64,000 nt of DNA, taken from Ranitomeya imitator. Its lineage: Eukaryota. Made by a program: the position numbers and the translations under genes. The notes under the pieces were generated by a model. It was given only the letters and a program-made list of their open reading frames with translations, was not told the DNA's origin and did not search any database. Below, in pieces: positions 47,397 to 59,592 of the stretch. The first letter of the stretch is position 1, and every line of letters begins with the position of its first letter. The stretch is taken from contig NC_091283.1 in NCBI RefSeq assembly GCF_032444005.1, forward strand, positions 268,150,001-268,214,000, read 5' to 3'.

Positions 47397-47801
47397 GATT
47401 GTTCCTGCCTGAGTGGGAGTAGTTATATCGCATCGCTGCAGCGTGCCCAATAGCCAGTACATAGCAGGCAGCCTTTCTGGCGACTAATTACCCTAGGTGC
47501 AGTACCTAATCTGACCTGAAAGTAAGGGGGGCGCCAGAGAGCTGCAAGTTCTCAAGCGGAACTGTAAAGCAGGATATACATAAATCCCTGCAGTTTGTGT
47601 TATATTGCAGAGCAGTTGGATAACTAAAATAAGCCCCTGCGGTAAACTAAGAGGTCAATAGCCTTGTGTGTGCTTTCATCACAGTGTAGCAGTGGAGGGA
47701 TAACTAAGATAAGCCCCTCTGCACATGTGATAGCCGTCTGTTGGCCTAAGGTCTCCCCGATCTGTGACGTAGGCGTGACAGTCACGGTGTGAATCGTGAC
47801 A
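47397..47801 (+). mobile_element. 3'-terminal ~400 bp of a Gmr1-family LTR
   Basis: Ends GTGTGAATCGTGACA. About 90% identical to the reverse complement of 25806-26215. Confidence 0.9.
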
Positions 47802-49204
47802 GAGAGGACCCAGGGAGGAGTGGAGAGGAGAGGGGACCCGGGGAGTAGGAGAGAGGGGATCCGGGGAGAAGAGGAGAGGGAATCGGGGAGTAGAGGAGAG
47901 GGAACCTGAAGAGAAGAGGGGACCCAGCGAAGAGAGGGGACCCGGAGAGGAGTGGAGGAGGACCTGGGGAGGAGAGGGGACCAAGGGAGGAGAGGAGAGG
48001 GAAAGAGAATGGAAATGGGGAGTAGAGAAGAGGGGACCTGGAGAGGAGAGGGAACATGGAGAGGAGAATAGAGGAGACCCGGGGAGGAGATAAGAGGGAA
48101 CCCAGAGAGGAGAGGGAACCCGAGGAGGAGAGGAAACACGGAAAGAAGAAGAAAGGAGACCCAGAGAGGAGAGGGAACCCAAGGAGGAGGCGAGAAGAAC
48201 CCAGAGAGCAGACCTGGGGAGGAGTGGAGAGGAAACCAGGGAGAAGAGAGGAGAGGGGACCCAGGGAGGAGAGGGAACACGGAGAGGAAAGGAGAAGAGA
48301 GGAGACCCGGGGTGGAGAGGAGAGGAGACCGGGTAGGAGAGGAGAGGGAATCTGGAAAGGAGAGGGAACACAGAGAGGAGAAGATAGGAGACCCGGGCAG
48401 GAGAAGAGACGAGACAGGCGAGGAGAGGGAACTCGGAAAGGAGAGGGAACCTGGGGAGGAGACGAGAGGGGAGGGAACCCGGGGTGGGGAGGAGCAGGAA
48501 ATGGGATGAGAGGAAAGAAGAGGCTGCACAGGAGAGGAGAGGGAACCCACAGTGGAGAGGGAACCCGGGGAGGAGAGAGAACACGCAATGGAGAGGGAAC
48601 CTGGGGAGAAGACAAGAGGGATCCTAACAGGGAGATGAGAGGAGAAGGAACCTGGAGTAGAGAGGGAGCATGGAGAGAAGAGAGGGAACCTGGGGAGGAG
48701 AGAAGAGGAGAGGGAAATCAGAGAGGAGAAGAGAGAAAACCCGGAATGGAGAGAAGATGGAACCCAGGGAGGAGAGGAGAGTAGAGGGATCATGGAAAGG
48801 AGAGGGAACCCGGGGAGGTGAATGAGAGGAGAGGAGAAATAAGGAGAGTGATCCCAGAAAGGAGAGGAGAGAGAACCTGGGGAGGATAACAGAGGGAACA
48901 CGTAGAGGAAAGGAGAGGGATCCCGGGGAGGAGACAAGAGTAGAGGGAACCCGGGGAGGAGAGGGAATTTGGGAAGAATAGGCGAGGGAACATGGGTTGG
49001 AGAAGAGTGGAGACCCAGGAAGGAAAGGTAATCCGAGAAGGAGAGGAGAGGGAACACAGGGAGGAGAGAAGAGGGAAACCAAAGAGAAGAGGCTGCAGAG
49101 CCAGTCGAGGAGTTGAGAGGAAAGGAGAGGGAACAAGGAAAGGAGACAAGAGGATAGGTGAGGTGAGGGAGGAGAGGAGAGGGAACCCAGGGAGGACAGG
49201 AGAG
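47802..49204. repeat. GA-rich satellite, block 3, unit 2
   Basis: From ~48014 onward it is collinear with 19668-20890. Confidence 0.93.
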
Positions 49205-49534
49205 GGCTCAGCTCAAGATTAGATACATGGCTCAGCAGACTTTATCACACAGGAGAGGATTAGAAATAGGGCTCAGCAGTTAGTATCACACACGATGGGC
49301 TTACATATACGGCTCAGCAGTCAGTATCACAAATGACGGGCTTAGATACACGACTCAGCAGTCAGTATCACACATGACGGGCTTAGATACACAGCTCAGC
49401 AGTCAGTATCACACATCCCGGGCTTAGATACACGGTTCAGCAGTCAGTATCACACATGACGGGCTTAGATACATGACTCAGCAGTCAGTATCACACATGA
49501 CGGGCTTACACACACGGCTCAGCAGTCAGTATCT
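49205..49534. repeat. 41-bp minisatellite, unit 2
   Basis: Same unit as 20891-21137, about 8 copies. Confidence 0.92.
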
Positions 49535-49542
49535 CTTGTTAG

Positions 49543-49997
49543 CCAGGTGGTGGGCTAAAACCCCCCCTTCCCTGTCACTCAGGCAAGAGCCTGTCTTGTC
49601 AATGCATGTGGGGGAGTTTTATTGCCGAAAGGTATTTACGACTAGGCTCAAATCTTCCTCTAGCAGAGAACTGTTTAGAAGTGTCTAGAAGTTTCCAGAA
49701 ATCCATGAGAGTCCTTTGTTCCAATATGGTAAGATATTGGGCCAACTACTGGGCGTAAGAGAATATTAATTAGATATTGCTAAAGTCCATCGGAGCCTCT
49801 ATCCATCACGGTAAACCTGAGCTTCTAACTCCATCAGGTAAAAAGGTAGGGATTTCTCTGTAATGACGCATCACACATATGACATATTTGATCTCATTAG
49901 AATGCCAATGTTAATACGAGATGAATGCTAGGTTTGTTATGACCATGACATGTTCTGTAGCGGAGGTACAAGCATTAGAGAAATTTAGGAAAGTTAG
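49543..49997 (+). mobile_element. Older inverted Gmr1-family LTR fragment, unit 2
   Basis: About 3 differences from 25350-25805. Confidence 0.85.
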
Positions 49998-50787
49998 TGT
50001 CACGATTCACACCGTGACCGTCACCCCTACGTCACGGATCGGGGTGACTTTAGGCCAACAGACAGCTATCACATGTGCAGGGGGGCTTATCTTAGTTATC
50101 CCTCCACTCCAAAATGTGATGAAAATACACACACAAGGCTATTGACCTCTTAGTTTACAGCAGGGGCTTATTCTAGGTATCCCACTGCTCTTCAATATAC
50201 CATGAACTGCAGGGATTTATGTATATCCTGCTTACAGTTCCACTTAAAACTTGCAGCTCTCTGGCGCCCCTCTTACTCTCAGGTCAGATTAGGTACTGCA
50301 CTTGGGGTAATTAGTCGCCAGAAAGGCTGCCTGCTATGTACTGGCTATTGGGCACGCTGCAGCAACCCGATAAACTACTCCCGCTCAGGCAGGAACAATA
50401 ATTATCAACGCCGCAGTCGCTACAACAACACCCAAAAGCCTGCACACGGTAAGCTGCCACCAGCTTCAATTAAACGGGTCCGAAGCTAACCCAAAAACAG
50501 TAGCGTAATTCCCTTCAGGAGACTTAGGTTACGTTTTAGAGCATGAAGAACGACTCTAGTATTAAATATTATACTCCGTCAAAAGTTTCAGGCAGTGTTT
50601 ATAAACAGTAATATAAAGATGTTACAATAAGAGACAATTGAAAATATGTACAAGGTAATTATAAAATACAGGAATTAAATAAGAAAAGGTACAACTCACA
50701 TGTTCTCAGTTCATATCAGGCAAAAAAAACATGCTGCATGCACAGCCGAGATGTCCCAATGCATGGGGACTGGCAGTCAGGGCTTCC

Positions 50788-53700
50788 TGTTGTGAATTCT
50801 GTGGCAGAGCTCCCTCCTGTGGTCACAAGTAGTAATTCGGCTGATTCTCTCTGTGAGCTTCTGTTGGTGGAGGAAAGTGGTACTGCGGCTTCTGAGTTTC
50901 CTTCCTCAGGTGATGTGGTGAAGTCGTTAGGTGCTGCTCTATTTAACTCCACCCAGTGCTTTGATCCTGGCCTCCAGTCAATGTTCTAGTATTGGACCTG
51001 TTTCCTCCTGGATCGTTCCTGTGGCCTGCTGCTCTGCATAGCTAAGTTCTGCTTTGCTATTTTGTTTGCTGTTTCTTTCTGTCCAGCTTGTCTTTTTGTT
51101 TTTTCCTGCTTGCTGGAAGCTCTGGGACGCAGAGGGTGTACCTCTGTGCCGTTAGTTCGGTACGGAGGGTCTTTTTGCCCCCTTTGCGTGGTTTTTGTAG
51201 GGTTTTGTGTTGACCGCAAAGTTACCTTTCCTATCCTCGCTCTGTTCAGAAAGTCGGGCCTCACTTTGCTAAATCTATTTCATCTCTACGTTTGTCTTTT
51301 CATCTTAACTCACAGTCATTATATGTGGGGGCTGCCTTTTCCTTTGGGGTATTTCTCTGAGGCAAGGTAGGCTTATTTTCTATCTTCAGGCTAGCTAGTT
51401 TCTCAGGCTGTGCCGAGTTGCATAGGGAGCGTTAGGCGCAATCCACGGCTGCCTCTAGTGTGGTTGGAGAGGATTAGGGATTGCGGTCAGCAGAGTTCCC
51501 ACGTCTCAGAGCTCGTTCAATGTTTTTGGGTTATTGTCAGGTCACTGTATGTGCTCTGACCTCTATGTCCATTGTGGTACTGAATTACCTTATCATAACA
51601 GTACTGGAGGCCCAAAGTACTAATGATTCTCAATAGAAGGAAAAAATAAGTTCTGAGACCATTTTTTTTTCTCTGCACTGTGTTTTGCCTTTTTTTTCCC
51701 CTAGACATTTGGGTGGTTCAGGACACAGGTGTGCGATAGGACTTTGACCAGAGTTGAACGGCTAGAACACAGACGTCTGAATGGGCTGTGTTTCTACTGT
51801 GGTGATTCCACTCATGCTATCTCTGATTGTCCTAAGCGTACTAAGCGGTTCGCTAGGTCTGCCACCATTGGTACGGTACAGTCAAAATTTCTTCTGGCCG
51901 TTACCTTGATCTGCTCGTTGTCATCGTATTCTGTCATGGCATTTGTGGATTCAGGCGCTGCCCTGAATTTGATGGACTTGGAGTATGCTAGGCGTTGTGG
52001 GTTTTTCTTGGAGCCCTTGCAGTGTCCTATTCCATTGAGAGGAATTGATGCTACGCCTTTGACCAAGAATAAGCCTCAGTACTCGACCCAGCTGACCATG
52101 TGCATGGCTCCTGCACATCAGGAGGTTATTCGCTTTCTGGTGTTGCATAATCTGCATGATGTGGTCGTGTTGGGGTTGCCATGGCTACAAGTCCATAATC
52201 CAGTATTAGATTGGAAATCCATGTCTGTGTCCAGCTGGGGTTGTCAGGGGGTACATGGTGATGTCCCATTTCTGACTATTTCGTCATCCACCCCTTCTGA
52301 GGTTCCAGAGTTCTTGTCTGATTAACGGGATGTATTTGATGAGCCCAAGTCCGATACCCTACCTCCGCATAGGGATTGTGATTGTGCTATCGATTTGATT
52401 CCTGGTAGTAAATTCCCAAAAGGTCGACTGTTTAATTTATCTGTGCCTGAGCACGCCGCTATGCGGAGTTATGTGAAGGAGTCCGTGGAGAAGGGGCATA
52501 TTCGCCCGTCATCATCGCCATTAGGAGCAGGGTTCTTTTTTGTAGCCAAGAAGGATGGTTCGCTGAGACCTTGTATAGATTACCGCCTTCTAAATAAGAT
52601 CACGGTTAAATTTCAGTACCCCTTGCCGTTGTTATCTGATTTGTTTGCTCGGATTAAGGGGGCTAGTTGGTTCACCAAGATAGATCTTCGTGGTGCGTAT
52701 AATCTTGTGCGTATTAAGCGAGGCGATGAATGGAAAACTGCATTTAATACGCCCGAGGGCCATTTTGAGTATCTAGTAATGCCATTCGGACTTGCCAATG
52801 CTCCATCAGTGTTTCAGTCCTTTATGCATGACATCTTCCGAGAGTACCTGGATAAATTCCTGATTGTGTACTTGGATGACATTTTGATCTTCTCGGATGA
52901 TTGGGAGTCTCATGTGAAGCAGGTCAGAATGGTGTTTCAGGTCCTGCGTGCTAATTCTTTGTTTGTGAAGGGATCAAAGTGTCTCTTTGGTGTTCAGAAG
53001 GTTTCATTTTTGGGGTTCATCTTTTCCCCTTCTACTATCGAGATGGACCCTGTTAAGGTCCAAGCCATCCATGATTGGACTCAGCCGACATCTCTGAAAT
53101 GTCTGCAAAAGTTCCTGGGCTTTGCTAATTTTTATCGTCGCTTCATCTGCAATTTTTCTAGTATTGCTAAACCATTGACCGATTTGACCAAGAAGGGTGC
53201 TGATGTGGTCAATTGGTCTTCTGCTGCTGTGGAAGCTTTTCAAGAGTTGAAGCGTCGTTTTTCTTCTGCCCCTGTGTTGTGTCAACCAGATGTTTCGCTT
53301 CCATTCCAGGTCGAGGTTGATGCTTCTGAGATTGGAGCAGGGGCTGTTTTGTCGCAGAGAAGTTCTGATTGCTCGGTGATGAAACCATGCGCCTTCTTTT
53401 CCAGGAAGTTTTCGCCTGCTGAGCGAAATTATGATGTGGGCAATTGAGAGTTGCTGGCCATGAAGTGGGCATTCGAGGAGTGGCGTCATTGGCTTGAAGG
53501 AGCTAAGCATCACGTGGTGGTCTTGACCGATCATAAGAACTTGACTTATCTCGAGTCCGCCAAGCGGTTGAATCCTAGACAAGCTCGTTGGTCGTTGTTT
53601 TTTGCCCGTTTTGACTTTGTGATTTCATACCTTCCGGGCTCTAAAAATGTGAAGGCGGATGCTCTGTCTAGGAGTTTTGTGCCCGACTCTCCGGGTGTAT

Positions 53701-55960
53701 CTGAGCCGGCGGGTATCCTCAAAGAGGGAGTAATTGTGTTTGCCATCTCCCCTGATTTGCGGCGGGTGCTGCAAAAATTTCAGGCTAATAAACCTGATCG
53801 TTGCCCAGCGGAGAAACTGTTTGTCCCTGATAGGTGGACGAATAAAGTTATCTCTGAGGTTCATTGTTCGGTGTTGGCTGGTCATCCTGGAATCTTTGGT
53901 ACCAGAGAGTTAGTGGCTAGATCCTTTTGGTGGCCATCTCTGTCGCGGGATGTGCGTTCTTTTGTGCAGTCCTGTGGGATTTGTGCTCGGGCTAAGCCCT
54001 GCTGTTCTCGTGCCAGTGGGTTGCTTTTGCCCTTGCCGGTCCCGAAGAGGCCTTGGACACATATCTCTATGGATTTTATTTCAGATCTTCCCGTCTCTCA
54101 AAAAATGTCAGTCATTTGGGTGGTCTGTGATCGCTTCTCTAAGATGGTCCATTTGGTACCCTTGTCTAAATTACCTTCCTCCTCTGATTTGGTGCCATTG
54201 TTCTTCCAGCATGTGGTTCGTTTACATGGCATTCCAGAGAATATAATTTCTGACAGAGGTTCCCAGTTTGTTTCGAGGTTTTGGCGAGCCTTTTGTGGTA
54301 GGATGGGCATTGACTTGTCTTTTTCCTCGGCTTTCCATCCTCAGACTAATGGCCAGACCGAACGAACCAATCAGACCTTGGAAACATATCTGAGATGCTT
54401 TGTTTCTGCTGATCAGGATGACTGGGTGTCCTTTTTGCCTTTGGCTGAGTTCGCCCTTAATAATCGGGCCAGCTCGGCTACCTTGGTTTCACCGGTTTTC
54501 TGCAACTCTGGGTTCCATCCTCGTTTCTCTTCAGGGCAGGTTGAGTCTTCGGACTGTCCTGGTGTGGTAATGTGGTGGACAGGTTGCAGCAGATTTGGAC
54601 TCATGTAGTGGACAATTTGACCTTGTCCCAGGAGAAGGCTCAACATTTCGTTAATCGCAGACGCTGTGTGGGTCCCCGACTTCGTGTTGGGGATTTGGTT
54701 TGGTTATCTTCTCGTCATATTCCTATGAAGGTTTCCTCTCCTAAGTTTAAACCTCGTTTCATTGGTCCGTATAGGATTTCTGAGGTTCTTAATCCTGTGT
54801 CTTTTCGTCTGACCCTTCCAGATTCTTTTTCCATACATAACGTATTCCATAGGTCATTGTTGCGGAGATACGTGGCACCTATGGTTCCATCTGTTGATCC
54901 TCCTGCCCCGGTTTTGGTGGAGGGGGAGTTGGAGTATATTGTGGAGAAGATTTTGGATTCTCGTGTTTCAAGACGGAAACTCCAGTATCTGGTTAAGTGT
55001 AAGGGTTATGCTCAGGAAGATAATTCCTGGGTCTTTGCCTCTGATGTCCATGCTCCCGATCTTGTTCGTGCCTTTCATATGGCTCATCCTGGTCGTCCTG
55101 GGGGCTCTGGTGAGGGTATCGGTGACCCCTCCTCAAGGGGGGGGTACTGTTGTGAATTCTGTGGCAGAGCTCCCTCCTGTAGTCACAAGTGGTACTTCGG
55201 CTGATTCTCTCTGTGAGCTTCCGTTGGTGGAGGAAAGTGGTACTGCGGCTTCTGAGTTTCCTTCCTCAGGTGATGTGGTGAAGTCGTTAGGTGCTGCTCT
55301 ATTTAACTCCACCTGGTGCTTTGATCCTGGCCTCCAGTCAATGTTCTAGTATTGGACCTGTTTCCTCCTGGATCGTTCCTGTGGCCTGCTGCTCTGCATA
55401 GCTAAGTTCCGCTTTGCTATTTTGTTTGCTGTTTTTTTCTGTCTACCTTGTCTTTTTGTATTTTCCTGCTTGCTGGAAGCTCTGGGACGCAGAGGGTGAA
55501 CCTCCGTGCCGTTAGTTCGGTACGGAGAGTCTTTTTGCCCCCTTTGCGTGGTTTTTGTAGGGTTTTGTGTTGACCGCAAAGTTACCTTTCCTATCCTCGC
55601 TCTGTTCAGAAAGTCGGGCCTCACTTTGCTAAATCTATTTCATCTCTACGTTTGTCTTTTCATCTTAACTCACAGTCATTATATGTGGGGGCTGCCTTTT
55701 CCTTTGCGGTATTTCTCTGAGGCAAGGTAGGCTTATTTTCTATCTTCAGGCTAGCTAGTTTCTCAGGCTGTGCCGAGTTGCATAGGGATCGTTAGGCGCA
55801 ATCCACGGCTGCCTCTAGTGTGGTTGGAGAGGATTAGGGATTGCGGTCAGCAGAGTTCCTATGTCTCAGAGCTCGTTCAATGTTTTTGGGTTATTGTCAG
55901 GTCACTGTATGTGCTCTGACCTCTATGTCCATTGTGGCACTGAATTACCTTATCATAACA
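50788..55960 (+). mobile_element. Chromovirus-type Gypsy element C (same family as B), LTRs 50788-51600 and 55148-55960 (813 bp each); gag capsid deleted
   Basis: 6-bp TSD GCTTCC, with the empty site at ~26589. LTRs differ at about 19 of 813 positions. PR-RT-RH-IN-chromodomain with stops at ~52323 and ~53445 and a frameshift near 54570. Confidence 0.95.
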
Positions 55961-56823
55961 GCTTCCCAGGTAAACTTAGACTCACATAGGCTCCAGCAGA
56001 AAGACTGACTGCTGGGATCTGGCCAAAAACTTATAGCTGCAGCCTGTGACATCACAGAAAGGGCTGAGTTAAGATCGCCCTCCTCTTTCTTCAGTCTTCG
56101 TAATTTCAACCTTAAATTTGTCTAATTACTATAACTTCGCTCCAGAACATGTCATGGTCATAACTAACCCAGCATTCATCTCGTATTAACATTGGCATTC
56201 TAACGAGATCAAATATCTCCTATTTGGGATGCCTAATTACCGAGAAATCCCTACTTTTTATCTGATGGAGTTAGAAGCTCATGTTTAGAGTGGTTAATAG
56301 ATCCGTCGCTGGACATAAAGAATATGTATTTTCCTTTTTTTCTAGCCTAACTCATTATCCCAATATCTTATCATATTGGAACAAAGGACTCTCATGAATT
56401 TCTGGAAACTTTTAGACAGTTCTGCTAGAGGGAGATTTGAGCCTAGTCGTAAATACCTTTCGGCAATAAAACCCTCTTCCCCCATATATTCCAACACAAA
56501 GAGACAAAGAGAGCCACAGAGAGGAGGGGGGTTTAGCCCCCAGCATGAGCTGAAGGACAATGCTACAACATCATATTATATTTCATACAATATCGTGACA
56601 CCTCCCCCTTTTGGTCTGCGCTACGGAGGTAGAACCCCTCGGTATGCCTCCATGCGCACCTCAGTAGGTTCACCCTGGCGGGACAGTCCATCTGCATTTC
56701 CATGCTCCCTGCCCATTTTGTGTTCAATGGTGAAGTCAAACTGCTGAAGGGCAAGGCTCCAGCGTAGCAACCTGCCGTTGGTTCCACACATGGTGTTTAG
56801 CCAGCGCAGAGAGTCGTGGTCGG

Positions 56824-59211
56824 TCAGACTATGGCCAGGCACTTTTTCTCGATGGTGGAGTAGGCTACCTCCCTCGGCAAAAGTTTCCGTCTCAGGTACA
56901 ACACGGGGTGCTTTTGGTCCTCCGAGTCAACCTGGCTGAGCACAGCACCGAGGCCAAACTCGCTGGCTTCAGTATGTACCAAGAATGGTCGACTGCTGTC
57001 GACTGCTTTCAACACAGGGGCATTGCACAGTGCGGTTTTCAACGCCTGGAAGGCCCTCTCACAGCCATCTGTCCAGTTGACGATGTTGGGTAGCTTCTTC
57101 CTGGTGAGGTCCGTCAAAGGTTTGGCCAGGCCACTATAGTGCTGTATGAAGCGCCTATAGTACCCTGCAGTGCCCAGGAAGGACATCACCTGTTTCTTGG
57201 TCCTGGGAGTGGGCCAGTCCACGATCGCACCCACTTTCTCAGGCTCTGGCTTTAGGGTGCCTCCGCCTACCCGGTGCCCCAGGTAGTGGACCTCCCTCAT
57301 GCCCATCTGGCACTTTCCCGGCTTGATAGTCAGTCCTGCTTGGTGAATTCGCCTGAGCACCTCCTCGAGATGCTCCAGGTGTTCCTTCCAGGAGGGACTG
57401 AAGATGGCAATGTCATCCAAATACGCCACGGCGTACTTCTCCAGTGCCTGAAGCAGGAGGTTGACCATCCGCTGGAAAGTGGCAGGGGCATTCTTCATGC
57501 CGAAGGGCATGACTGTGGACTCATACAGTCCAAAGGGTGTGATAAAGGCGGACTTCTCCTGCGCCTCGGGGCTCAGGGAAATCTGCCAGTATCCTCTACT
57601 CAGATCCATTATTGTCAGGTATTTTGCGCCAGCTAACCTCTCAAGCAGCTCCTCGATGCGCGGCATTGGGTGCGCGTCAGAGGCTGTGATGGCGTTGAGC
57701 CCCCTGTAGTCCACGCAGAACCGGGTTGACCGGTCTTTCTTTGGCACGAGAACTACAGGTGAGGCCCATGCACTCTTTGACCATCGAATCACCCCCAGCT
57801 GTAACATCTCATCGATCTCTTGGCGCATAATCTGCTGCACCTGGTCAGAGATTCGATAGGGTGTTCGCCGTAGTGGGGCGTGATTCCCGGTGTCCACCTC
57901 GTGGACTGCTAACTCAGTCCTCCCAGGTCGGTTGGAGAACACGACCCGGAAGGGTTCCAGTGTGGTTTGCCACTGCAACCGCTGGGGTTCAGTTAACGAG
58001 GCGCTTACCTCCACGTCCTCAATGGACCCACCGGCCTTGGCTTGGGCCAGCATGTCCAGGAGGGTGTCTTCCTCCCCGTCTTCGGGCAAGCTGCATACCG
58101 GTAGGACGAAAGGTTCACGTTCGTGATGAGCCTTCATCATGTTGACGTGAAAGGCCTTTCGCCTACCCCGAGCGTGGTCAAGCGTGACCACGTAGGTGAC
58201 CGGGTTGAGCTGTTGGTGGATGACGTACGGGCCCTCCCAGGCTGCCTGAAGCTTATCCTTTGGTACGGGGACCAGCACCCACACCTTTTGACCCACGTGG
58301 TAGGTCCACTCCCAGGCATTCTGGTCGTACCAGTGCTTCTGGTCAGCCTGAGCCTGCGTCATGTTGTCATGCACCAACTGCGTCAAGGTCTGCATCTTGT
58401 CACGGAAGCGCATGACATACTCCACTATGGACACTTCAGAAGGGTTCGGCTCCTCTTCCCAGGATTCTCTTACCAACCCCAGGGGTCCCCGGACTTGCCT
58501 GCCGTACAGGAGCTCGAAGGAGGAGAACCCCGTTGAGGCCTGCGGAACCTCTCGGTAAGCAAATAGCAGGTGTGGGAGATACCGCTCCCAGTCGCGCCCT
58601 TGGGTCTCAACCAGCATGCGTAGCATTTGTTTGAGGGTACCATTGAAGCGTTCACACAAGCCATTGGTCTGTGGGTGATACGCACTCAATACCAGGTGCT
58701 TCACCTGCATTCTCTTACAGAGAGCCTCCATTAGGCGAGACATAAATTGGGTCCCTTGATCAGTAAGCATTTCCCTGGGAAACACTACGCATGAAAAGAT
58801 GGCCAACAGGGCATCCGCCACCTTATCTGCCCTAGTTGACGACAGAGCTACTGCCTCTGGGTACCGGGTAGCGTAGTCTACCACAGTAAGGATGTATTGC
58901 TTTACAGAGCTGCTGGAGACGGCCAGCGAGCCCACAATGTCCACCGCGATTCTCTGGAAAGACTCCTCTATCACTGGCAAAGGGATCAGGGGAGCCTTAA
59001 GAGCAGGCCCCTCCTTCCTCACTCTTTGACAGGTGATACAGGAGCGGCAGTAGTTTGACACATCTGTCCCCATCTTAGGCCAATAGAAGTGTTGAGACAG
59101 CCGGGCCTTAGTTTTGCTAATCCCCAAGTGTCCAGCTAGCGGGATCTCATGGGCAATCCGTAGCAACTCACCCCGGAATTGCTGCGGGACGACCAGCTGT
59201 CTTTCCCTCAA
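56824..59211 (-). CDS. Gmr1-like pol segment, 795 aa uninterrupted INT-RT-RH (element-encoded; the C-terminus is frameshifted)
   Basis: One ORF carries the IN zinc finger and core, then RT YLDD, then RH HTEASEFGLGAVLSQ. Confidence 0.85.
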   Translation of the reverse strand: MRERQLVVPQQFRGELLRIAHEIPLAGHLGISKTKARLSQHFYWPKMGTDVSNYCRSCITCQRVRKEGPALKAPLIPLPVIEESFQRIAVDIVGSLAVSSSSVKQYILTVVDYATRYPEAVALSSTRADKVADALLAIFSCVVFPREMLTDQGTQFMSRLMEALCKRMQVKHLVLSAYHPQTNGLCERFNGTLKQMLRMLVETQGRDWERYLPHLLFAYREVPQASTGFSSFELLYGRQVRGPLGLVRESWEEEPNPSEVSIVEYVMRFRDKMQTLTQLVHDNMTQAQADQKHWYDQNAWEWTYHVGQKVWVLVPVPKDKLQAAWEGPYVIHQQLNPVTYVVTLDHARGRRKAFHVNMMKAHHEREPFVLPVCSLPEDGEEDTLLDMLAQAKAGGSIEDVEVSASLTEPQRLQWQTTLEPFRVVFSNRPGRTELAVHEVDTGNHAPLRRTPYRISDQVQQIMRQEIDEMLQLGVIRWSKSAWASPVVLVPKKDRSTRFCVDYRGLNAITASDAHPMPRIEELLERLAGAKYLTIMDLSRGYWQISLSPEAQEKSAFITPFGLYESTVMPFGMKNAPATFQRMVNLLLQALEKYAVAYLDDIAIFSPSWKEHLEHLEEVLRRIHQAGLTIKPGKCQMGMREVHYLGHRVGGGTLKPEPEKVGAIVDWPTPRTKKQVMSFLGTAGYYRRFIQHYSGLAKPLTDLTRKKLPNIVNWTDGCERAFQALKTALCNAPVLKAVDSSRPFLVHTEASEFGLGAVLSQVDSEDQKHPVLYLRRKLLPREVAYSTIEKKCLAIV

Positions 59212-59592
59212 CCACTCCTTTTGTGATTCTCCGGGTACTGTCTCCCGGTATAACCTTGCTCATTCCCAGAACACCCTCTCCTTATTAGTCTCGGAGGTGG
59301 GCGTCTCGGCGAGTCGTCTCAAACTCTCTAGGCTCGCATCTGTGCGCAGAGCGGCCTGAAACTCCTGGCTAGGGGAAGCCAGAAGCGATGTCAGGGTCCC
59401 TTCCCCACGGGAACCCTCTTGGACCTGCTCTGGGTCCACCTCTGGTTCAGTCACACTGATGACTGAGGAGGGTCCGGAAGGCCGACAGTTATCTGCGTTC
59501 CGGGCACTCTGACTGCGGGTGACAGCAGCTACATAGGCTGTCTCCCTGGGGGTTTCTACAGACCCATCAGCCGGCGGTGCTATGGGCTCTAC

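Larger units (their letters stand above)
49998..59592 (-). mobile_element. Gmr1-like element, unit-2 copy (3' LTR 49998-56600, interrupted by element C)
   Basis: Collinear with 25806-30220. PPT at 56601-56612. Confidence 0.92.
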
